Assembly (NCBI GenBank): GCA_002189035.1
Contig: NEEC01000002.1
Coordinates: 806,001-870,000, forward strand
Origin: Utricularia gibba
Taxonomy: Eukaryota; Plantae; Magnoliophyta
Direction: 5' to 3'
Length of the DNA: 64,000 bases
Shown: positions 23,837 to 34,711 of the stretch, one piece after another
Layout: each line of letters begins with the position of its first letter
Numbering within the stretch: position 1 is the first letter of the stretch
The notes under the pieces: generated by a model
The model's input: the letters and a program-made list of their open reading frames with translations, nothing else
Told to the model about the DNA's origin: nothing
The model's database searches: none
Position numbers and translations under genes: made by a program

Positions 23837-24106
23837 ATGGGACCATTGATTCAAAACTCGTCCATGGTGATTATGTTAGTGGGATTATTAGCAGTTCATC
23901 ACAATCAAGTTTTTGGCTTGACAAATGCAGGCTTGGTACTACAGCAGGGAGGAGTGACCCGGGCTGTGATGATGAAGAATGTTCATATGATGGAGAATGA
24001 TGGGGTGAAGTACAAATCCCATGAAATCGAAACAAGACATGATGTATACTCATCTAGCAAGAGACAAGTACGTAAGGGATCAGATCCCATCCACAACAAA
24101 AGCTGA
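23837..24106 (+). CDS. CLE45: CLE peptide precursor, CLE45-like (89 aa; CLE box RQVRKGSDPIHN)
   Basis: Hydrophobic N-terminus and a C-terminal dodecapeptide matching Arabidopsis CLE45 RRVRRGSDPIHN at 10/12 positions; TATAAAT at ~23705. Confidence 0.85.
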   Translation: MGPLIQNSSMVIMLVGLLAVHHNQVFGLTNAGLVLQQGGVTRAVMMKNVHMMENDGVKYKSHEIETRHDVYSSSKRQVRKGSDPIHNKS

Positions 24107-25138
24107 TACAGAGAGCTCTTGATAATGGAACTGAGAGCCATTGTCAATGGTAGTCTACCGTTTGAGAATTTTGAAGCAGATATGCAGAGAAGTGCAGTAG
24201 GCAAATATGAAAGAGCTTTCCGGAGAATACAACAAAAATGAGGATACCAATAGCACATTTGATCTTTTGTTCAATGCTGAGCTTTGTATACATGTGATTG
24301 ATGGATACCTCTTAAGTACATGTTTTTGCGTTCAGCTTTTTACAGATGTGTTTATATCAGAATCACATAGGGGGCGATTGATGCTCAAATCCTGGAAATT
24401 TCATGTTACTCCACTTCATAAAGTGTAATGTATACGTACTCATCCTGGCTGGCTGGTACAAGACTTATATCATGAATCAGATGGATTCCCTGTTGGTTTC
24501 ATTCCACCAGCAAACTTATACCCTCCAAGTGAAGGAAGCATAGATTGGAGTGTGGGGTCACAGCCAGCGCCACAGAATTCTCTGTTCTTACAGGCTGTAA
24601 CAGCAAAAAAGTAGTTGGTGTTGTCGGGATGTACAAATAGCATATGTGCTGATATATTCTGAGGGAAGAAGGTAGCAAATCAACGCTCAAATCCTCACTC
24701 CACAAGGAGAAAAATTAACTAGCCATCTATTCATGCAACAAAACAGGTGGGAACTGTTTGATGCTCGAGTTGTCTGAAATACAATCATTGTTCCTCCATG
24801 GGAAAGAGAAAGCTTCATTCCAGTGCTTATTATGTTTCAGTATATTAAAAGAATAACCAAAAGATAAGGTAAGAAATGCCATTGAAGCGTACAGATTATT
24901 TGCAAGAATAAACATGGCATGTCACATAGAGTGGAATTTGACCCTCACAAGAATTACAACAGCTCAGAGCTAACACGCAAGTGTGAGCTAAATATTAGAC
25001 TGCCAATTCCCACCACCCCCCACTCCCTAAACTCAATCAACAAGGTATACAACAATATTCCAAAAGAAATCTCTAGGTATGTACATCTCAGCTCATTTAT
25101 GAATGTATGAAGCAATAATAATCTTTTGGGATAATCTA

Positions 25139-26182
25139 TCAGTCTTCCTTGCACTCTTTTGCAGGTTGTGCTTCAAGACCCCTTCAGTTCTTGTCACGAT
25201 ATTGTAAGGCATGTATGTGCCTAGAATCCTATCCCATGTCACAAAAAAAGGCTGGGAAAAGTTATACTTGCTTCCATAGAGCTGATGGTGAATATCATGA
25301 TATGCAGCATTGTTTCCAAAGAAAAGCTGGAAAAGGTTGCCTGGAACCCATAGCCCGCAGTGATCATCCACTGTTTTCAGAGTGGCAAAGGAAAAGAAGA
25401 AGATTGAAGACCGAGAAGACATGCCAGAAATAAGGAAAGCCAAAGCTCCACCGAATGTGTCAAGAAGCACACCCTCTAGAGGGTGGTTGTACAGAGCTCC
25501 AAAAGCATATGGAACAACAAGTCGATGGTGATGAGAATGAATATGCTTGTACAAAAACCTGTTATAGTGCATATAGCGGTGCACAAAATACTGCCATGTA
25601 TCGAGCGCCACCATTGCAACAATGAACTGCCTAGCAAGAACAACGACTGAAGCATCACGATTTTGTGTAGACCCACCGGTACCCCCAGTAACCTGATTAT
25701 GACAATAATTTAGTTCCACGTAATGAAAGATCACTTATTTCAGTTGCACTGGTACCCCAGCAAACGACTACTATAGACTCGGTTGTAGAAAGATTGAGAG
25801 AACAAAAGAACCAATTTTATAAAAAGGACGACTGGCATCTAACTACATCGCTTCATTTAAGAAAGGTGGGGAACAAGAGAAACGATTTTTTTTTCATCCA
25901 ACAACGACAGAAAGAAAGAAAAAAAGGCATTAATTACCGCAAATAGGATGGTGGCTACAGAAGCCTGAACAACCTGCTGGAATAATACCCCTATCACGAC
26001 TTTTTTCTTGGGCACCAAGTTCTTCTCTTCTTCATCCTTCTTCGAGTGAAGTCTGTAATCGTCGAAGGATCCAAGGAACACATAGATCCCAGAATAAACC
26101 CAGTACACAACAATGGGCACAAACGTTCCCAAAAACTCATCAGAGAATCCCACACCTCGAATAACCACCCCACTCTCTCCAT
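25139..26182 (-). CDS. SBH: Sphingoid base C4-hydroxylase (fatty acid hydroxylase family); exons 26182-25938 and 25692-25139, with two apparent 1-nt deletions (26168-26171 and 25179-25182)
   Basis: SDEFLGTFVPIVVYW, the His boxes HRYMH, HSHHH and HDIHH, and YNHPLEG. Adding one G in each G4 run restores an ATG start (MERVGVV...) and the homolog-like end EGGLEAQPAKECKED*. Confidence 0.9.
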
Positions 26183-26439
26183 ATCTCTACTAAAATCGTA
26201 CTTCCAGTGAAGCAGAACGTGCGTTATCAGGATAAAATAAACCAAAACTTCAATGCAGGATCTGGGTGTTGATCCAAAGTCCGGAACGCTTCAATATGAC
26301 ATGGAGCTAGAAGGGATAGGGAATCGGATGCTCCGCCATTGACGCCAGCTTGTCTGCAGTGGTGACGATCACGGAAAAATTCTATTTGCCTTGTTCTAAA
26401 ACCGCTGTTTCTTTGCCCATTGTTTGAAAACGTTCCAAT

Positions 26440-26575
26440 CAAACCGGATTGGGCCTTGGTCCAATTATGGCGCATGTTAAACAACGTCATTGGGTTACGG
26501 GCCGACAACCTAGTCTTCTAGGCCCATGAGTGTTAAAACCTGGCCCAAGGATATTCAGCCCATTAACAGCGCCGA
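26440..26575. promoter_or_regulatory. Bidirectional promoter with a Site II (TGGGCC/GGCCCA) cluster between SBH (-) and the CYP23 pseudogene (+)
   Basis: tgggcc, ggccca and agccca motifs at ~26450-26562 lie between head-to-head genes. Confidence 0.55.
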
Positions 26576-26662
26576 GAAAACTTCACGTATTGCACATGCT
26601 CGGCGCGATCTTGATCGGTAACGCGCTCCGTTACCGGAGTTTTGGCCCTTCTAATCAAGAGT

Positions 26663-28095
26663 ATGCAGAATAAGAGATGTTTGATGGTTCACTTGTGCCT
26701 TCCCCGAGGTTCTATCTATTGATTCCTCAAGAGTGGTATTTCAGGTGTTCTTTCCAGTTTTTTCATTGAACAGGATCACAAGTCGGAAACTTTTTTAACA
26801 CGTATGTATCTTGTTTCATTAACATGCTTGTGTTGTGAAAATCGGTTCCTATGAGGATCAGCCTAATGTGAGAATCAGCACTATGAGAATATATCGCGTG
26901 TGGTTCTTCATCGTGGGTCTTTGATCATTTAGTGTTGGGAAATTGCAGACAAACTATGGGGATATGGAATTTGGATTTTATCCCACTGCTGCGCAGAAGA
27001 CAGTTGAGCACAGCTTTACGCTTGTTGGATTGGGATGTTATCATACCGACATTTTTTCCCGCTTTTGGAAGAAACTGCGCTATTTATGTGTATTGAATGT
27101 GAAGATCTGAAAAAAATAAAGTTTGAGAGTTCAAACTGAAATATCCTCAGCTAGATAAGGGATTTGTGGCTCAAGCTGATGTTTTGGGTCGAAGAACTGC
27201 AGCAACGAACGAGGTTCAGAGATTGGAAGCTGAGAAAACTGTTGTTGAGGAGTTCAGTGATGTCAAGCATGTCAAGGGTGTTCTAGCAGTGGAAGTTAAT
27301 TTCCTGAGTTTCGTCGCTTGGGGGATATTGTGATTCTGTAGTACCTTTTATCGTCTTCGTTTTACGTGGTAGGTGTTGATATGCTGGTACCTTTTCTTTC
27401 TATTCTGGTGGATCTGGGCACATTACTATTTCATGACAGATATTCTGACCCCAGCATTGCATTATCTTCGTTCTCCATTTTACTTGAAGATGCCCCTAAT
27501 CTTGATGGCAGGGTTTGCTGGATAAGGTTGCTATGACTATTTGCTTATCCATGATCATTAGCAAACTAGACTATAACCATTTATTTTGTTTCTGCTTCAA
27601 TATGCAGTCTTTGGAAAAGTGACCAAGGGCGAGGAAACACTGGGAAAACTATGAAAATCCCATTCGTGGCTAAGGAATCTTTGTAATGGTACAAAACGTT
27701 TAGGGTTTATATTGCTAACATATGATCGTTTAGAGCATACCATATGGCTTGTTGTTAACTGTTCTTCACCTTCTCCTTGTCGATGTTCTGCTATAAATGT
27801 ATTGAAGCCCTTGTTGGAATTGCATTTGCAGGTTCAGCCAACAGAGCGGATCAATATATTCTCCACATATTATTAAGGTAAGCAGGGATCTTCCATGATC
27901 TCATAAATAGGTGCGCACTAAGTGGTATTCTAATTGCTATTATGCTGTATGCTAATGTGAAAGTATATCACAACCCCCAAACCAAGAATATAATTGCCCA
28001 TTTTGCTTTAGATTACTATGACTGAAAATTGTGAGGAAGACAGGTTAATTTTAGGGAGAAGGTTGGCTGCAGCTGCTATGGAAATCCAAGGACAG
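26663..28095 (+). pseudogene. CYP23: Unprocessed pseudogene of cyclophilin CYP23
   Basis: Exon relics SRVVFQ | TNYGDMEFGFYP | DKGFVAQ..EFSDVKHV | YAVFGKVTKGEETL | PTERI.I.STYY | CEEDRLIL.RRL. In-frame stops at 27652, 27671 and 27874, and a mutated acceptor (ttcaa, 27596-27600). Confidence 0.85.
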
Positions 28096-31000
28096 GTAAA
28101 GCACTTTTGTGAAATTGTGGAAACATAGAATTTTTATTCAATTTTTTTTAAAAAAAAATTACAACTCAGTCAATTTGTCATCCATTCCACTCCCCGAAAT
28201 CATTGTATGCAAGGGTTGACCGATGGCTGTGACCTTCAGCAGTAAACGTATGAGCGAGTCAGGCTTTTGCAGGTTTTGTAATCCTAGCTCTGTAGCTTTC
28301 CTTCCCTCCCGTGCTGTAAAAGTAAGGATAAGATATTTCTCTATGAGACTTTTATTGTATCCTTACTATGCCCCTATGTTGCAATCAAAGCAATAATGCC
28401 CTAGTGACTGGCTTGCTTTAAATTTGGGTACCGGGAACTGAGAAAGCAGTATGGGAAATCTATGCAATCATGCTGAACAGTTGAGGATATAGTTTTTTAG
28501 GTAATGTGATCAATTGCATGATGTGACCGATCTCTACCCTGGTACAGTACATCAGTTTTTTGAAGGTAATATAATTATATAAAATGCCCATTACTTTGAT
28601 CATAAAATTATATTGTGCAACTTGATGCTGATAGCAAGTGCAGCGTGTCGCCCAACGGCTCTAATTTCACGACACTAGGCCCCTCTCTCAGGCACTTGGC
28701 TCTCTATAATTGATCTACTGATTCCATGGTTGTCTTCTTCAGGATAAGGGTTTCTGATGTTTATAGGATGTAGTAACAGTTGCACAAGATAAGGGAGTGA
28801 TTTTTATGACGCTCCGAATACTTTGAATGGTTATAGTGATGAAAACTGCTAAAAGGATAAGGGTTTACTCTAGGCAACGTCTTCTGTATTGCTGACTTGT
28901 CCCTTTGTATCTCCTTAGCACAACTTGTTATATGAATGATATTTCTTTCTTAGAGGATTTGTAATGGTGTTGACTAGTGGCGTTCACTGTTATGCTGTAA
29001 AACGGTAAGAAGCCATTACAGTAAACCCTGTTCTGCATAAAGTGAAATGACAATTTTTTCTTGCTCATATGGCTTGGCTCCTCACCTGTGTGCGTGTTAA
29101 TGGTGCCAGATGATAATCTGAAACAGAAAAATTAAATATGGAAACACTTCACGTGATTGAAGGGTGATATCACCGACTCGTTGATATTATGCTAATTTTA
29201 TTGTTTCATGTGTCTGTCTACATTTCTAATGGTTGGGTGGAAAGCAGGCAGATCCACGTTTCAACATACTTTCATGTATGCAAAGCAGCAAGCTTAACTC
29301 AGACATCCAACAGAAGACTCCATATGGAGGTGTAAGCAAATGTATGCAACCTTGGACAAACTCTTCCCTACAGGTAATTTACATCAAACCTCTTCTCATA
29401 CATACATTTTATTACGTGATGAATGAACTAGATTTTAAGGCTGTCTAGATAGAGCAGTTGGGCGTTTTTACGCCTGGTTCAATTACGTACTTTTCCTAGT
29501 ATCCTGCCACTTCTTCTGCTGCTCCTGCTGTTGGGGTGATTTCTAAATCACCCGATTTAGAAATCTGGCCACTGTCATCTCACTGTGTCACCCTGCTGTT
29601 GGTGCTGGTGCACGCATTCACTCACTCCCCTTTTGCAGTGTCATTTTGTTTTGTCCTTGGGAATGAACTATTAGATCTCCCGCAGGGTCCTCTCTGTATA
29701 CAGTTATCTTGCATTTGCACCACGTGCTTCCTGTCTGGGATGTCGAGGGGAAGTCTTAAATGCTCAGGTTGGGAACCTTTAGAGAAGGACACTGAACATG
29801 GATTTCACCTTCACCCCCTTCACAAACCATGCTTTTACTCACCATTTGTTGTCTGTCTCAGCACATCAGGTGACCAAATCTCTAGCTGTTTAGGCCATCA
29901 GACTGAGCCATAAGATGTGTAGTCAGCCCACTCAAGTCCCACCCACAGTAACTTACCTACCCATTTTTTCAACTCTGTGAATTGGATTTTGCCCCAGATC
30001 TCTTGCGTTTCCCCAGGAGGATTCACCATCACCCTACCCCTACATATTAATATCACTTTCCTTCACAGACACACAGTTCACAACTTGCCCACTAACCCAA
30101 CCCTCGACTTTCATGTGAACACAGGGGCCTGGTTCGTCGGAGTCCCAGCAATGTGGACAGATCATACACACCATCCGCACATACCCAGCAAAGAGATCTT
30201 GAAGACTCGAACTTGGCAACTGTAAATTCAGCAGGAGCATCCCTGGACTCGAGAGTGAGACAAGAATTGACTGATTGTTGTTGTTGTTTTGTGGGAGAAT
30301 TAATAACGCAACGTGGGTTTGTATTCCAGGAATGTGACTTGTCGAGGCCCCGCGAGCATCAATTCCGACCCGCCACCAGGACCCAGAAGGATTATTCCCT
30401 TTTATCTTTGCACTCTGGTTATTAACTGCTAAATCCTTTGCCTCGCCACCACAGGAGCCGTGTCCCCGTGCCCGTGTCCTATTGCGGACGTGCAGCACGA
30501 CACTGCGTCTTTGTCTACAGGTTCAAATATTGTATTGGAGTTAGTTGTTGTATTATGTGGATTAGGAGTCGTAGGTTTCCCAAATTTCATGAATCTTTTT
30601 TATTAGTTATTCATTAGAATCAGTCACACGTGTTGCTTGCAATGATTCTAATCTTCTAACTCAAATCTCTCTAATCTTTATAATTATCATTTCATCATCA
30701 TATAATTTGTTTCGTGATGATAATTGAGTATTGTTTGATGGGTTTGAATTTTAATAATAATATAAGGTTTTTGGAGGATGGTATATCAAATTTTCGTGAT
30801 CGTATGGATTTCGATTTGAATCATGGTTTTATGAGTTTCGATCCATTATTGATCGAGTTATCTGACGAAATATATGTTTCCAATTACAATGTTATAGGCC
30901 AAAATGTACAAACAATATATTAAAATATGAACAAAGACCCCATTAATAATAATATTATATTTGAGTTTCTTTTTGTGTGTGAAAAAAAAGTTTATGTCCT

Positions 31001-31233
31001 TTTATTCAAAAAAATTAAAAAGTATGTAATATTAATAATAATTATTATTATTTAAAAGGGTTATAGGTCAAAATGGCAGTATATAAGAAGGCACCCTGAC
31101 TGCCCTTTCTTCCATGCAATCTTCCCCACCGCGCACAAACCATTTTCTAACTGGTTTTCTCGTCAACCCACAGACGTCTCCTCCGTTTCACAGATCCTTC
31201 CCTCGTTCTTGCATCCCCATCTTCTGCTGCACA

Positions 31234-31778
31234 ATGTCTTCTCGAAGAGCCCGCTCCGACAACCCGCCACGTCACGGATAACTGAAGAAGAGATCGCCGA
31301 TCTTGTCGCCAGGCTGCAGTACGTCGTCCCGGAGATCCGCCATCGCCGGACCTCGGACAAGGTAAACCCGATACTTTCTACACCATGTAGTACATAAAAT
31401 GACGTCGTTTCTGGGTGGGACTCCATGTTTCCCCAGCTACTGACAGCCATGCCTTGGTCTACGCTGTCCGGACGCCTGGATTTCTGAAATTAAATCAACC
31501 ATATGTCATGTTTGCAGTATTTTCTCCAAATTAAAATCAAATTCGCATGCGTTTTTTAATTAAATAACTAGTGGGTGTTTTCCGGTGTGCTTTAACTCTA
31601 GTTGGGTGACGACGCGCAGGTTTCCGCTTCGAAGGTGCTGCAGGAGACTTGCAACTACATCAGAAGCTTGAACCGGGAGGTGGGGGATCTGAGCGATCGG
31701 CTGGCGCATCTCTTGGCGGCGACCGGCGTGAACAGCGACGACGCGGCCATCATCAGGAGCTTGCTGACGAGAGATTAG
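31234..31778 (+). CDS. PRE: PRE/ILI atypical (non-DNA-binding) HLH protein; exons 31234-31361 and 31620-31778, with one C missing near 31256
   Basis: MSSRR... start, [15 protein letters not shown] and [28 protein letters not shown]. Exon 1 is 128 nt and needs 129 to stay in frame. Confidence 0.9.
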
Positions 31779-34711
31779 GGCAGACTGCGACGCCATAGCT
31801 GCTCCTGCTGCTACTCGCCATTATGGATGATGCCTTTGTTGCCATTCTAGGGTTTCCTGCTTCACCCATGTGCTACCTCCGTTTAGGGTTTCGTGCGTGT
31901 TTCAATGAAATGGGTTTGACCCGAACCCGCTATCCACCCGCCTATAGTTCTATTATTGGATGAAGAACTCTCTAGAACAATGGCTGACATATTCAAGTTC
32001 TAATACTGGAAACCAGACAGCACTCACCCAACAGACAAAAGTGGGCTCTTGCCTCTTAAAATAATAATAATAATTTATTTGAAATAAAATCAAATAACCA
32101 GATAATGACTTCCTTTTTGTTCCTCAGAGATTTTATTTATAGAAATAATTTAAATATTTGAAACATTTCGGAGATCAAAATTCATTAATTTTTCAAATTA
32201 CGAACAACCCAAGATGCTATTTTTTTAATTCGAGTGTATCCGTACCATAACATGTTCTTTTTTATAATCGAAAAAACTTAATATGCGAAATTGGTTGATT
32301 CCAACCGCTTAAGGGGACTGTGGGGCCCATTTGCTTGTACTTGATTTGATCGGATCTGGGCCCAAATGTACCTTGGGCTTTTGGGCCCAAACTTCTTAAT
32401 GTTAATAAATACCCTTTAATCATCGTATTATTAACAAATTATATTCACAGTAATTCGTGGGTCCCATACTTTAGCCATAGCGTCCTCATTTCCGTTCAAA
32501 ATGATGCATATTTTCTCATTTTATATCTGATATTTTCATTTTGTTTCTTCTAATTATTTATTAAATAATTATATATAGCTATCCTAAATTTTATTTAAAT
32601 TAAAAATTAAAAATATTTGAATTTGATATCATGTATTTTTTTAATTATGTGCATAATTAAAAATTAGATAAGGGGAAAAAATTAATTAGTGAAATGACGA
32701 TGGAAAGAACTGTTTTATGTGCATTGGATTCTCTAGGCGTGCGCTTTTACAAAAGCGTGCTTTTCAGGAATACACAGAAGGCCAACTTTGTGAGTTCGGG
32801 GTTCCCCTCTCCCTACCTTGTGAACATAAAAACATCGCCTTTAAGGTGGGATCGGCCAGAGAGGGAGCTCCAACAAGACGATGACGACGTGGCCATACCC
32901 ATGTCGCGACAAAAACCCATTGCTGGAAACAGCTGATCTTCAACCCTGAATAGCCACAGGTGGGCAGGAGGCATCGGACACGGTGGTGATAAAGCATTCA
33001 TTTGGCTTCCTTGTGCACCATGTTAGCGACATCTCTGACTCATTAGCCTGGAATTGTGGACATTAGAACGAGCAGTGTCAATGATTAGGAGGAAACCAGA
33101 GTAAGTGGAGTGCAGTGGTCTGAGTGACGCTTTACAGTTCACAGCAGAGACATTCTTTTTTTTTATTTATTTTTTGTGTTGTTGCTCTTGCTGAGGGTCT
33201 CAGGTGTCAGCCAGTAATCATTCCGTTCTTCTTGTGATTAAATCTGCAGGGCACCTCTTTATCTTTTGTCAGCTATTCTTCTTCATCATCTCGTTACTAT
33301 TCCAAGCCAAGCCAGGCCGATTGTTCACCTAAAGCCAGCGACAAAAGCTGTTGATTCGACTGCGAGCATCAATCTCACTGATCGATCGCTTTGAACCCAC
33401 TTCGTGTGAACTACTAAGAATTCAATTTGTGTTATGAAATGAAATAGCAATACATCGGCAGGCGACCGGAAAGATCACGTTTTGGTAGATATAGGAAGAG
33501 GGGTGGTCAGATCAGCTGCATCGGCTCTTTTGCCCCTCTGTATCGTTTCGGTGGGAGCCTGGGAGCAGATGTTCGCACTCCACCTGTGACTTCAATGCTA
33601 GTGCCGATGTGGGGCACTCACTGACAATCCTCTCTCTCCCTCCCTCTTTTTTCTTATTGAATTTTTTTGATCAGCAATTGCTCGAGATGATCTTGGTCAT
33701 GTATCTAAGTTCGAATAATGCCTAAAAATTACAACTTTCTAAATAAATGTATTGCAAGTTTAGAAAAAGTGTAGTAATATGGCGATCAAGTTGTCTAGAA
33801 TTTGAAAAAACTGAAAGGAGGGAAGAGGAGGTTTAGGTGAGTCACGATCGAAAGGTCGCGATGCATTGAAGAGAAGCCCGACCAAGAACCAGGCAAGAGA
33901 GCGTAGGGGGGAATGTAGGGTTAAGTTTATTGCGCACGTTTTACATTAATTGCTTACAGCTTCATGGGTTTCAGCGTCTTCTCGTCATCTGTATTTACTT
34001 CTTGGTATCGCGTAGGCAAGTTTTGAAATTGGCGCTCGGATCCGTTGGATTCATTGTTTTTGAAATATGAAAGAAAAATCAGAGAAGCCCACATTCATTT
34101 TTCTTTGCCTTTTTGATGGGGTAGATAGAGAGAGAGGGAGGAAAGGAAATGATCCAACTTTTGGACGGCAAGAAAGCAATTCTCATCTTTTGAATCTCAT
34201 AAAAAAACACAATCCCATGTTTGTTGTGTGGTGATTCTTCTTTCTTGATATTCATGCATCAAGTGCAGGCTCCAGGTTCACCTTTTCCTAATCTCGAGGA
34301 CACTGGGGTTGAATGGATTAGGGGTTCATACACTTAAGGTAACTGCTTCATTTGGATATGTGTCTTAGTAAGTTTATGTATGCTGAACTGGAATCCTGGA
34401 TAAGGAGCTTTATTTAATTCATTCTATCTAGCCTTTGTTCAAGAAAGCGGAAGGCGGACGAAAGGTGGTATCCTAGGTGAATTTTTTGGGTTTCGGAGAT
34501 GGCTAAAAGACCAGCATCTTAATTTTTGTTTTGATTCCTGATTTTGTGAGCTTTGGGTGGTGTTCTTGAAAGGAGACAAGGATCAAAAGGCTTGATCTTT
34601 CCCCAAGTTCATATTTCTTTCTTCTTCTCAACATCGCTCTCATAAAAAGGAGGCTCTCTGATCTTGTTTGAGCATGCAAGAAGAGGTGGAGTTTGACAAG
34701 TTAAGGGGGAT

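Noticed and set aside
32941-32950. AACCCTGAA as a possible telomerase RNA template
   Set aside because: The full template repeat, the downstream pseudoknot elements and a properly spaced USE+TATA promoter are all missing.
33603-33614. USE-like CCCCACATCG on the minus strand
   Set aside because: No TATA box at snRNA-promoter spacing and no known snRNA sequence downstream.
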